Shown: one piece after another, positions 12,921 to 24,384 of the stretch
Layout of the letters: every line of letters starts with the position of its first letter
Numbering within the stretch: the first letter of the stretch is position 1
Assembly: GCF_902713615.1 (NCBI RefSeq)
Contig: NC_052147.1
Coordinates: 82,238,091-82,302,090 of the forward strand
Length of the DNA: 64,000 nucleotides
Reading direction: 5' to 3'
Source: Scyliorhinus canicula
Lineage: Eukaryota
The notes under the pieces: model-generated
Databases searched by the model: none
Told to the model about the DNA's origin: nothing
What the model saw: only the letters and a program-made list of their open reading frames with translations
Translations under genes and position numbers: made by a program

Positions 12921-15900
12921 ATAGATAGATTAGATTAGATAGTAATCACACTCCGGAGAGTGCCTTGTCCGAGTCGTCGACGGTTTGTACTACCACCTTA
13001 GCATATTACCACAGCCGGAACTGTGTGGTGGACTGGGGAGGAGGGGATCTTGTTCAGTACTAAACGACCTTTCATTCCGCAGGTTTCCAAGCGTGGTGTC
13101 ACCACCCACCAATTACGAGCTGTAGACCGGTTAGTTATAAACGATACGTCCGGAGACGGCCAACCCTTTATGTGCAGACATATTTGTCATAATTTGATCA
13201 CAAAAGGCTTACTGTGACGGAACTAACAGTTATCTCTAACTACCGGCTACATATGTACAATGGGAGCAACCGGCCATCTCGCACTCCCGGGATAAGGCCA
13301 TTTGTCTGCCTTTACCCGACCCTTCGGGGGTGAGCTTGTCTTCACCAGCTAGAGTCTGGGAATGTCTATTGGTATCCCTTACCTGTCGCTGAAGATTTGC
13401 AGTAATTCCAGCGTCAGGGAGATTGTAAGTCGGGATACCTGCTGGGCGAAACTCTTATACCGTTCTATTCCGAGGAACTAACAGGGTGTTATTCAACTCT
13501 AGCCATTTGCCTCTCGCGCCCAGCACAAAGCCAAAGTGTTCCAGCTGAGAGCCTCCTGTTAGCTCCATGATCTCCGATCCCAAGTAGTTATATTTGAGCC
13601 TTTTCTCATTCCATGCTTTCTCAAGTGATGTTGTCCTCGTAACGGACTGTGACATCCACCAATGCTATTTTCTGGTCCTTCCTGAATATAATATCAGGTT
13701 TCCAGAGGGTTCCGTTTTTAGCCACTAGCCTTGGTTCTACGTAGGATGTCCATCCGTACTTGGATACATACATGCGTACTTGGTCTAGGATCTTGTTGTG
13801 ACGCTTGATCTAGCCATCTTTACAAACGGGCAGCCACCCGAAATGTGTGCCAGCGTCTCATTTGGTGCGTCGCACCTTCTGCACGCTTTGACAGAGTTTG
13901 GACGTCCCCTTGATAGGGTAGTCCGTGTAGGGTATAAGTTGGTGCGGAGCAACAGGTTATTGATCAGTCTATGCGACTTCAATTGATGGAAGGATCTTAT
14001 CCATGTACTGGATATTTTATCGTTATGATAATATGTAATGCCAGCGCCCTGGCTGATCAGGTTTCTTCACTTTTGGAACTCCCATTCCCTCCACGCAGCG
14101 TACCGGTTCACCGGCTTCTCTCGGGGCCGGTCTTGGTCTCTCAACATGGGCAATGCCGCCTCGACAAGATTTCCGGGGTCCTCCTCGTCCGGGTTACAAT
14201 CTGACGCGTTAGAAAGGAAGTCCTCGACTTCCTTTAGGACCTTGAGCCTGCGCAGTCCCCTGATGGTGTCAGTATTGCTTTCCTCCCGGTACTGGAAGGA
14301 CGCCCTTATGACCCTGTCCGTGGATTTCTCGAGTGCTTCGCGTTTGCGAACAATCGCGGATGGAATCTGCACTTCGAGTTTGGGCATTCCCAGACCACCA
14401 TTCCTGTAGCTCGAGTATAGGAGTCCGTCAGTCACGTGCGGTGGGAGGTGTAGGATTTCCTTAGTGGTGTTCCGTATGAGTTGATCCAGTTTTCGGAGCG
14501 TATTCTGCGATACTTCGGACAGGATCAAGTGAAAATACATCCTGGGGATGACATGGGTCTTCAGGACCTCGAGTTTCTGTGCTGGCCGGAGGGCCGCCGC
14601 CTGTAAAGCACAAGTCCAGGCTTTGAGCTTCTCCGACCACTCCCCTTCTGTCACGCCAGCCCATGGGTCTATTCGGGCTCCCAGGTATTTCTCTGTGTCA
14701 TCTGGAGGGATGTAGGCGATTACCTCGTCCCCGAGCTTCCAGTTTTCGTAGTGGTTGTAAATGAAGGTTTTCGACTTGTGGGTGAAGTGAAAACCTTTGG
14801 TCTTGTTGATATTTATCGCCAAGCCCGTATTTATGCAAAAAGACCGGAGTAGCTTCAGGTTCTTAACCATCCCTGCATGAGAGTCACTCAGAAGGGCAAT
14901 GTCATCCACGAAGGCCAAAGCAGAGCAGTTGACTCGGTTCTCTCCAAGGGGCATGACGACCCCTGAGTTGGCCTCCTCCAGGGAGCATATCAATGGATCC
15001 AGAGCTATATTGAATAGAATTGGCGAGAGTGGGTCTCCTTGTTTGACACCCCTCCCAATGTTTATTGGAGCGGTCTTAGTTTTGTTCCCTTCGACCATTG
15101 TGGTATTTTCCGTGTACAGGTCCTTGACCAATGTAATGAAATTCGCTGGTAATTTCATCCTTTGTAGTGTTTTGACAATTAGTTTGTGCCCAACCGAGTC
15201 GGAACGCTTTTGCTAGATCGACAAAGACAACTGCGAGGTCCTTTCTTTTCTTTTTTGCTCCCTTGATGATATTTTCAAGGATTGCAATGTTCTCATTGCA
15301 TCCGGGAGTAGCTGCTAGGAAACCCTTCTGCCTAGGGTTAATCCAAACTGTCTCGCTGAGACGTTTCGCTATGATCTTTGTAAAGAGGTGAAGCAGCATA
15401 GGACCGATGGTAATCAGGCGGCAGTTGTCAATGTCTTTCAATCGTTCTTGATCCTCGCACTTAGGAATCAAGACCGTTCGACTCTTTTTGAGTGAATCAG
15501 GGATCGTTGCTGATTTTAACCAAAGGGAGAAGAGCCGAGGTAGCCGTGTCTCATCCTCGTCATGAATGTCCTGGATGTCTATCAATTTCATGCCATCCGG
15601 ACCGGGCGTGCTTTTCTCATCCACGCCCTTGATTGCTTTAGTTACTTCTTCTACCTCAATTGGTTTCATTAGCTCCCCCTTATCAGTATTACCTTTGTAA
15701 GTGGCGAACTTGCTTACGTTTGCCTTGTTATTGGGTTTCGAGAGTTTGTTTCGAAAGCTCCTCAATGGGTAGAGGACATGTGGATGTGGAAGGGATTAGT
15801 GTGGGAAACATGATTAGTCTTGCCAGTTGGCGTCTATTATTCTTATAGAGTATCTGAGTGTCTCTAAAGATTGCCTTCCGGGTGGCCCATCTTTTGCGTG

Positions 15901-17200
15901 CTCTGCTATTAACGTTGCACGTCTCTTTCCGTTTCCTTCCTTCCTGACCTCTGCGAGGCCCTTGAGCTCTTTGGGGTTTCTTCCCCTTTTTCAGCAGTAC
16001 ATTGGTGATACTCTCCACTATCCCAATGCCTTCAGCCCGGCTGTCGGGGTTATTCCTCACGCACAGTAATCGTTCAGCTTTAGTAAGCTGTTCATCCACC
16101 TCCCTGTGTCTAGGGGTGGCTGTCGGTGGTCTTATCACTATCTGTGGACGTGGGCTTGACGTATCGGGTCTGCTCGTCTCCCCTTCAGACTCTGGTTCTG
16201 GGACCTCTTCCTCAAGATGGTCCTCAGGTGCTGCTGGGGCTACCGCTAGGGTCCTTGGCAGAATTCTGCGTTTGTCTGAGATTTGTTTCGCAGACTTAGT
16301 TGTCAAGACAGTGGCAATCTTTTTATTGATAAACCGCTCCCCCACAAACTGTACCTCAAGTTGTCTCAAGAGGGCAACCTCCTCAACGGACCACTTTTGG
16401 TCTCGCCTCCCCGGCTTGGTAATGACTTTGATGGACTCGAGCCGTTTCTCGTTTCGCAGAGCCGGATGCTCGTGCCTTTCATGTTGCCCGAGTCCAATTT
16501 TGGTCGAGAACCGTTTCTCGCAAATGCTGCAACCAAAGGCACCGGCCGGAGCCGTTTGCCTTATTCCGTTGCATTTTGCAAAGTGGCAGGCGATAGCGTG
16601 GTACTCGCCTGTTTTGCCGCATTTCGAGCATTTGGTTCTGATGGATTTGACCTGATGGTTTTTTGTCATATGACTATTAAATAGTCCCATGCTGGGGAGG
16701 ACGGAATCGCAGATCCTGCAGTAGAACCCATCGGTGGGATAGTGGATCGTTACCTCTTTAACTGCTGTTCGGTCATAAATGAGTTCGATAACGACCTCTT
16801 CCACGAAGGCGACCGTATCGGCTGGTTCATCGCACAGATTTTGTGCACCCAAATTATTTCCCGTTTCCGTTCCCTGTTTCCCGTTCTTGTATTTCTTGCT
16901 ATAGAAGGTTTGTGTTACTAATACTCCTGTCGGGTGGGTCGCCCGCTCAGGTTCTTCTATAGCAGTGTTAGTGTCATCAACTATTGGGGATACTGGTCTT
17001 TCTAGTCTGGCACCCGGACTCAGCTCCCAATAGGGAAGGAGGTATTGTCTAAAAGGTCTCGCGTCTGCGGTGGACGCTGTTACTAGCCCGGCGGGGCGGC
17101 TAGAACATGGGCAGCATCGGCATTTATCACAGAGCGCTGCTGCTGACACATCTGCGGGGCGGTTTGTCCGGGACGCAGCCCAACCGGTCTCATCTATCAA
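12921..17200 (-). mobile_element. R2 non-LTR retrotransposon (A-lineage architecture), outside rDNA
   Basis: CCHH (CRICD...HMTKNH), CCHC (CSKC...HFAKC) and CCHH (CSICEKRFSTKIGLGQHERHEH) fingers. Myb (WSVEE...KSAKQISDKRR). RT (PGPDG, RQKGF, DLAKAF, GVKQGDPLSP, AFVDD, KYLG). CCHC (CRRC...HISGGC). RLE (RHN..EP..KPDII..DVTV..EKRLKY). The 5' boundary (~17200) is approximate. Confidence 0.9.
13379..17200 (-). pseudogene. R2 single ORF, disrupted by several frameshifts and a stop
   Basis: Pieces 15728-17311, 15076-15765, 14067-15158, 13785-13982 and 13455-13655 are colinear parts of one R2 protein ending ...LLQIFSDR* (TAA at 13381-13379). Confidence 0.85.
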
Positions 17201-20200
17201 TCTCCCAGTACTTGCCCTGCTCTGGTCCTGTTTTACCTTCCTTTTGCTAGCCCTTGTCTCGTCCTCCTGCCCGCCTTTCTCGCCCTCGTTCACCTTGCTC
17301 CGCTCCCCCATTGCATTGAGAGAAGGAACGAGCCCGGGAACGAGTCAGCACAGTCCCTCGCAGTACACCAAACACGTGTACAGTTCCTGATCTTATTGTC
17401 TCTGTTTGCAGTCTGCCCTCCGCTCTTTGTTCTGATTCTTCCTTTCTTTTCCATCCCTGTCGTTTTCATGATGGCCGTTGCGGCTGTCCCTCCTCCAGTT
17501 TGTTCGCTGTAACAAACTCCTCTGCTGCTGCTGGGGTATTTAAAAAACAGCTCCTTCCCCTCGAATGTTACCCAGAGTTTGGCCGGGAATAACATCCCAA
17601 ATTTGACATTACTTTTGTAGAGTGCTGAATTGGCCTTGTTGAATTCAGCCCTTTTGGCCAAGTCCGCCCCAATGTCGTGGTACACCCTTATGATCTTCCC
17701 TTCCCAATGCTTGATTTCGTCTGCCGGGCCCACATAAGGATTTTCTTCCCTGTCTTGGAACCTGTGCAGCTTCATGATAATCGCTCTGGGCTGCTCCCCG
17801 GCTTTGGGCCTGGGTCAAAGCGACCTGTGCGCCCTGTCGATTTCTGGGAGGTTTGGAAATTTCTCCCTTCCCACTAGCTTGCCCAGCATTTGAGTGACTT
17901 AGCCTCTGCCCTCCATCCACTCTGGCAGACTCACTATTTTAACATTCTGCTGCCTGGACCTATTTTCCTGGTCCTCCACTTTCCCTTTTAAGCTCCCCTG
18001 AGTGGTTACCAGCCTTTGCACCTCGGTTTCCTGAGTTACCATCCTATCGCTCTGGTCTGAGGCGGCCCTCTCCAACTCCAGAATCGTGTTCTCCTGCGCC
18101 TCCACCTTCCTTTCTAGGCCATCGATGGTTCGCTGCATTTTGTCCGTTGTCTCCGCCAGCATCTCCTTCATCATTGTGTGGAGCTCCGTCCTGAGCGCCT
18201 CCCTCATGGTGTTTATCTTCGTTTTTATCTCCTCCTTTATGGCGTTTATCTCCGTTTTCAGCGCGCTTCTCCATTCCTCCCCCTGTGCGAGGGGGGGGGG
18301 GGGTGGCGGCCGCCGCCGCGACCCGTTCCTGCTCCATTGCTCGGCTCGCCAGCTTTTCCGCTTCCCGGTTCGCCTGAACCTCCACCTCGCCCCGTGGGGT
18401 CGTCTGCCTACGCGGCCGCAGCTCCTGCTTTTTTCCTTCGCCTTCGCTGCTGCTCCTTCTTGCATCTCGCCGTCCCCCCGATTTATTATTATTTGCAGGC
18501 ATATGCCTGTTATGTGCCTTTCTCTTTTTTCCCTGAGGTTTGGTGCAAGAAAGAGATTCTTTTTTAAAAAGAACATTTTTATTTTGTTTTTGTCTTATCC
18601 TCTCTGTGCTCCGACTTTCAGGCAGTTTCTTGTTGCGATCCCCACTCCTCCTCCACGTGAAGCTGCCCCGCTGACCGGGACCAGTCTCTCCTCTTCTTTT
18701 TCTCTTCAGCTCTGTGGAACAGAGCTTTGGCGCCTAGGCAGGGCGAGGGAGGCGGGGCCAATTTCGCAGGGCTCTAATTCTTTTTAAGAACCCGCCGGAA
18801 AAACCCCCGAAAAATAGCCGTGATTTTGTGGATCTGCGGCCGCTCCGTTTGCGAATGCCATCGGAAGTTTGGCTTCTTCTGGCAGAGCTGTGAGATATTC
18901 ACTGTCCGGCTCACCTGTATGTCCAACAGACGCACACCCCAGTCTCACGCACGCACACCCCTCACTCACACATGCTCACCCCCCTCATGCACACGCACGC
19001 ACACATACGCGAACCATTGCAAATTCCGATGAAAGTTCACCAAGAAGAAATGTAACTCTGTTTCTCCCTAAGAAGCTGCTAGTGGCCCTAATGAATATTT
19101 TTAACATTTTCTATTTGCTTTTCATGGTTCCTTCTTTGCATTCTGTATTGACATTATCGAATCATAGAAAGGTTACAACACAGGAGACCATTTGGCTCAT
19201 CCTATCCATGCCTGTCCTCGGACACCCAGGTGCCCTTTCTAATGCCACCTTCCTGCACCCGGTTCACAGCCTTGTAGCTTAGAGCACTTAAGGTGCAGAT
19301 CCGTGTATTGGACAACCAGCACAGACCTGGTGATTCTCCCGTCGCTTTCCGCATGTTTTTCACGCGGTGCTGGTGCTAGCCCCTCACCGGTAGCGGAATC
19401 GGTGCAGGTGTGGTCCCGATTTTTCTGTCATGGTACTCCACGGATCCTCCGATGGCGTCAGCACCTAGATGCAGGAAGGAGAATCCAGCCTATGTACTCT
19501 AAGGGGGTTTTGATAGTGGTGTTTGAAATCAAGAAAGTTTTAGATAGAATAAATAAAAATAACCTACCCCCAATATCTGAAGGATAGCTAACCAATGGAC
19601 AATGACTTAGTTTAATAAGCGGTAGTTCCAGAATGGATATGAAGAAAATATATCTGTGCATTGAGTTTGGAATGCAATGCCTTAGAGCATGTTGGGTAAG
19701 GATAAAATAAATACCATCAAATGGAATGGGTATACATTTGACATAGGAAATTTTCATGGTTTCTGGTGAAGAGAGGTTTGACTGGATACATTGTGTTGCA
19801 TTTCGAAAGAGCCAATGCAGAAGTGATGGATTGAATAGAACTTACCTGAAAAACACCTATTTAAAAACTCCCATTACACCCCCTTTGCATTCTACTTTCT
19901 TTTGTTTTGCTATTCGTGCCATTTGCCTTTTTTCCATCACGGAGCACAACTTTTGTTCTTTCCTCCTCTCTCCACCATTCCCTGCCTCTCCCCTCTCCCC
20001 TCACATTCAAAACCTGTTGCAGTGCAAATAATCATCAGTTCTGATGGAAGTTAAACAAGTTGGATGTAATCCTGTTACTCCCTCTCCCACAGATGCTGAG
20101 GGTCCCACTGGATATTTCCAACATTTCCTATTTCTATTCCATGTTTCCAAAGTCCACTGTGTATGGTCTTGATCATAATCGTCAGTGTCGGACAATTATC

Positions 20201-21295
20201 TCTCAAAAAAACAATCCAGTATGCCTCTCCTGTCGCTGCCGCAAACTACTTTTTTCCGCTTCTCGTCTCCTGCCGGCTCATCTTTGCTGTTGTTCGTGGG
20301 CTTTTCTGCCCAGCAACAGTGAGATCGAATGAATCAAATGGGCCAATCAAAGCAAGGCATCTCAGAGTACTGGATGCTGATAGCCTGATCCAGTGCTCCA
20401 AGGGGCCTTGCTCTGATTGGCCTGTTTGTTTTCAGTAATTATTTTAAAATTTTGAGCATTGGAGCTGGAGTTTGATGGATATGTGGTGGCCACCAGCATC
20501 AAGGATCTCCTGGAGACTCTTCATGGATTACTTGGGGTCCACAAACCTCAGTTTAGGAACCCCTGCTTTAGAAATATATTGTCTTCTCGCTATAGCAACT
20601 CGATGAACATTCAGTAGGTTCAATACACTGGTGCTACTATTCCCTTCACAAAGTAAAATACACTTGCCTGTGTCTACCACATTAGAGAAATTTGAGAACT
20701 GCTGCCTTCAGCAAGAACGCTTGGGGCAGTCAGCTGTAAGTTGTCCTTATTTCCTTTTGTGTTATTTCTGAATTGAGAAAATACATTATTGGCATGGCAC
20801 TTTTCAAACTTTACAAATTTGCAGTTGAATTTCGCAAGTCTTTCATAAGATTTGGCACATTCTCTAATTTGCATATTTTCAGTAAAGTGCGATTCATATA
20901 AAACCCTTAGTTAAAGGATTGACAGATACTTCACTGTCACGGTCAACCAGTGTCAGTGCAATGGGTATAAGTTGTGTTCTTGGATGAACATTATTGAACA
21001 GTTAACTGTTTGTTATCTTTTGCTGTTATTAACTTTGATTATCATGTGCCGAGTGGGTGAAATGGTCACACTAAATTGCCCCTTAATTGAGGGAAAAAAA
21101 TAATTGGGTACTCTAAATTTATTATCAATGCCAAAGAGAAATTAATGTTTTTTTTAGCAGATAATTCCAGAAACCATGCTCCTTGTTAGCTCCTAAATTA
21201 GGTATACTATCAGAACCATGTTGTGAATAACAAATGTATATTACTAAATTGATTTCCAAGTATTGACCTATTGAGGATCTCCCAATTGTAATATA

Positions 21296-21479
21296 GGGCT
21301 TGATTCTCTGGTTCCCCCAGCCGCATGTTTCTCAGCCGCGTGCCGTTTGCTGGTGGCGGGACTCTCCACTCCCGCTACTTGTCAATGGGATTTCCTACTG
21401 AAGCCAACACACACTGCCAGGAAACCGGCGGACTGGTGTGTGCTGCTGGCGGGAATATAATGGCCAGAGAATTCCAGCC
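21296..21479. mobile_element. PIF/Harbinger-type MITE
   Basis: TIRs GGGCTTGATTCTCTGG / GGCTGGAATTCTCTGG and 3-bp TSD ATA. Confidence 0.75.
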
Positions 21480-21559
21480 ATAATCTTTTCCACCAGACTG
21501 CAAGAGAGAGGCATGTGGAAAATCTGGTCTGGTTACATCTTTCAGATAGGAAATTCTCA

Positions 21560-22440
21560 CTTACCAACATGGAAGGTCTGGAGAATTATGAATGTTACAC
21601 CATTGTTCAAAAAGGGGTGCAAGGATAATGCAGGCAACTACAGTCTAATCAATTTGACTTCAGTGGTAGGGAAACCTCTGGAAACTATAGTTCGGGACAA
21701 AATCAATAGCTACTTAGATAGGTGCAGGATAATTAAGGAAAGTCAGCATGGATTCGTAAAGGAAAATCATATTGAAGTAATTTGCTGCAATTTTGTGAGG
21801 TGGTAACAGAAGGTTCATAAGGGCAATGCTGTTGATGTGCTGCATATGGATTTTCAAAAGGCATTTGATAAAGTGCCTCACAACAGACTTGTGAGCAAAA
21901 TTCAAACTCATGAATCAAAAGGGCTTGTGGGCACTTGGATAAGAAATTGGCTACAGGAAACAGAGTGGTGATAAATAGATATTTTTAAAATTGGAGGAAG
22001 GTTTGCAGTGGAGTTCCACAGGGTACAGTGGGACCCTTGTTCTTCCTGATTTATATAAGGATATAGACATGTTTGTTGGTGGATTGGACAGACAAGTGGC
22101 AGATGAAATTCAATGCTGAGTAATGTGAGGTGATTCACTTGGCAGGAGAAATGTGGAGAGACTATCAAATAAAGGGAGAAACTCCTGAGGAGATGCAGGG
22201 ACAAAAGGGACTTCAGTGCATATGTAAGTAAATCATTGAGGTAGCAGGGTATGTTGAGAGAGCAGTTAATAAAGCATATGGTATGCTAGGTTTTATCAGT
22301 ATGGGTATTGAGTACAAGAGTAAGGAGGTCATGTTAAGCTCAGAAGACACTGGTTAGACCTTATCTTGAGTACTGTGTCCAGTTCTGGGCCAATATTTGA
22401 GGAAGGATGTGAAGACATTGAGTATCGAGGAGATTACCGG
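21560..22440 (+). mobile_element. Old CR1 RT fragment
   Basis: WRIMNVTPLFKKG, NYSLINLTSVVGK, SQHGF and DFQKAFDKVPH, with many lesions. Confidence 0.8.
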
Positions 22441-22444
22441 ACCA

Positions 22445-22753
22445 ACATAGAACATACAGTGCAGATGGAGGCCATTCGGCCCATCGAGTCTGCACCGACC
22501 CACTTCCACCCTATCCATAACCCAATAACCCCTCCTAACCTTTTTTTGGTCACTATGGGCAATTTATCATGGCCAGTCCACCTAACTTGCACATCTTTGG
22601 ACTGTGGGAGGAAACCGGAGCACTCGGAGGAAGACCATGCAGACACGGGGAGAACATGCAGACTCTGCACAGACAGTGACCCAGCGGGAAATCAAACCTG
22701 GGCCCCTGGTGCTGTGAAGCCACAGCGCTATCCCCTTGTGCTACTGTGCTGCC
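22445..22753 (-). mobile_element. V-SINE
   Basis: V-domain, tRNA head and CR1-type tail. Confidence 0.85.
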
Positions 22754-23339
22754 CCGACTAGACCCCAATTTATCTTAAGAAATCAGATGAGAAACCCCAG
22801 CAATTTTTAATTTGTAAAACTGTGAGGAAAGGATACTTAGGCCCAGAGTGATTCCATTGACAAATAGGGATTTTTAAATATTAAAACAAACATTAATATT
22901 AACACAGTATTAACCACATTAACATCACAGGAAACCAACTCTACATTTAACAGTTAAACAGTTTTTTAAAAATGGAAACATGTTAACTACTACCTTATAA
23001 CTTTCTCTTATTTCTAATTAAGCAAAGCCCATTACAGATCAAAAGCCACTTCTAAATAAAGTTAGTAAACACAGGTTTACTTGATGTACACTTGTATAGA
23101 GATTTCTTGGAAAAACTGCTTGGAGAGAGAGGGAAACCTTTTCAGGGACAGCCTGCAAATTCTTCTGTCCCTGTCATACTAAACATCCTACAGCTTGCTA
23201 TAGACCTGGCTCCTTACACTAATTACATTATCTGTAACCCACTCAGACCCCATGACCCCACACACTTTCATTCCAGCCAAGAAGATGACGGCCCAGATAT
23301 GAGCTGCGTGCCCCCCCCCCCCCCCCCAACTCCGATTTG

Positions 23340-24380
23340 CAGACCCAGAGCTTGATCAAATGTTGGATGCAATGGAGGAAATGCAGGATACCCTCTTCCC
23401 TAGGGTGGGCAGGAGGCTACCGCCTGCGGTCAGCACCGGGCCTCGGCAGAGCGGGTGAGTGCTGCGAGTCTCACCAGGCTGACTGGCATGCAGTATCGCA
23501 AGAAGATGAACAACTTCCTTAGGGCAGCTCGGGTGAGTCACCACCTCTGTCCCCCTGGCATCATTCTCATCTCTGCCACCTCGCTTCACCCCCCCCACTC
23601 CTCTAGAGACCAACCAAAACCCATGTGCCTACATCTTCCTTACATCCCACCTTGCACCACCATGCCACCAGCTACAACCCCCCACCCCCTCGTGTAACTC
23701 ACCTTCATGCATCTCACATGTTCTTCATGTGTCCCCTAGGAAAAGACGGCCCATAACAGAAAGGAGCGGGAGAAGACCGAAGAGGGAGTCCCTGACCTTT
23801 GGGTTCTCATCCCCGCCAAGCAGAGGGCGATGGCATTATCCAGGAAGGTGCATGAGAGGGCTATCTCCGAGGCGGAGGTTGGCATGCAACAACCGCGTGA
23901 GCCCCTAATGCAAAATGATATCCCTATAGCAAGTGAGTGCCCCCCCCTCCCAAAATATCACCATGTGTCTGTTCTTTTGCCTTGCAGGATCACCAACAGA
24001 CCATGCTGGCCCGTCTGGGGTTCCTTGCCTCAGCCACAACCCAACACACCCTGGAGGACCAGTCCAGGAACGACATTGACTTCACGGCACTGCATTCACT
24101 TGCACGCTCCCCATTGCAGAGACTATCACTTCAGTCGGGCACTTTAATGAAGAGGCTACTAAGTCATCTTCTAGAGTGCACGTCACACATGCTGTAGCAC
24201 ATCAGGTGGAGGTAGGACCTCCCAAAGGAGCGGGCAAGCAGAGGGCTGCCTGATCCCAGGAACCAGCTGGAGTCCGGACAGGTTGCACTTCTGGAAAGAA
24301 TGATCCCATCACTGGTGGAGATGCAGACGCAGAGCCAGGATCTACAGGAGGGGTGTCAGCAACTTTCTAGCGCCTGCAGA
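23340..24380 (+). mobile_element. Harbinger Myb/SANT-like ORF remnant with GT-AG introns
   Basis: VSAASLTRLTGMQYRKKMNNFLRAAR|gtgagt...ccctag|EKTAHNRKEREKT..VPDLWVL matches Harbinger-associated Myb/SANT DNA-binding proteins. Confidence 0.6.
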
Positions 24381-24384
24381 TGCA

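Larger units (their letters stand above)
8188..18873 (-). mobile_element. Full-length L1/Tx1-like LINE (decayed), host to an R2 and a SINE
   Basis: 16-bp TSD TTCTTCTGGCAGAGCT at 8172-8187 and 18874-18889. ORF1 ~18502-17466 (coiled coil, ENRSRQQNVKIV, FPAKLWVT). ORF2 ~12400-8554 (TWNVRG, GGDFN, SDH, QRGTRQGCPLSP, LYAD, HMFWACP). T-rich tail end at 8188. Confidence 0.9.

Noticed and set aside
12880-17260. 28S rRNA sequence flanking the R2
   Set aside because: Both junctions were inspected. There is no TTAAGG/TAGCCAAATGCC or other rDNA, so no rRNA feature is called.
15827-18787. Plus-strand ORFs of 130-233 aa
   Set aside because: They are antisense shadows of the R2 and L1 coding sequences.
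19020-20140. Hammerhead cores in old Penelope-like terminal fragments (~19026 and ~20040)
   Set aside because: CTGATGA/GAAA and stem II are too degenerate to support a ribozyme call.
20660-20740. Possible extra STRN3 cassette exon (AG...GTAAGT in unique sequence)
   Set aside because: The acceptor is weak, there is no striatin similarity, and the two flanking exons already join into the known contiguous protein.
22770-23250. LTR-like AT-rich fragments (also ~31960-32170)
   Set aside because: Termini and TSDs could not be defined, so they were not annotated.
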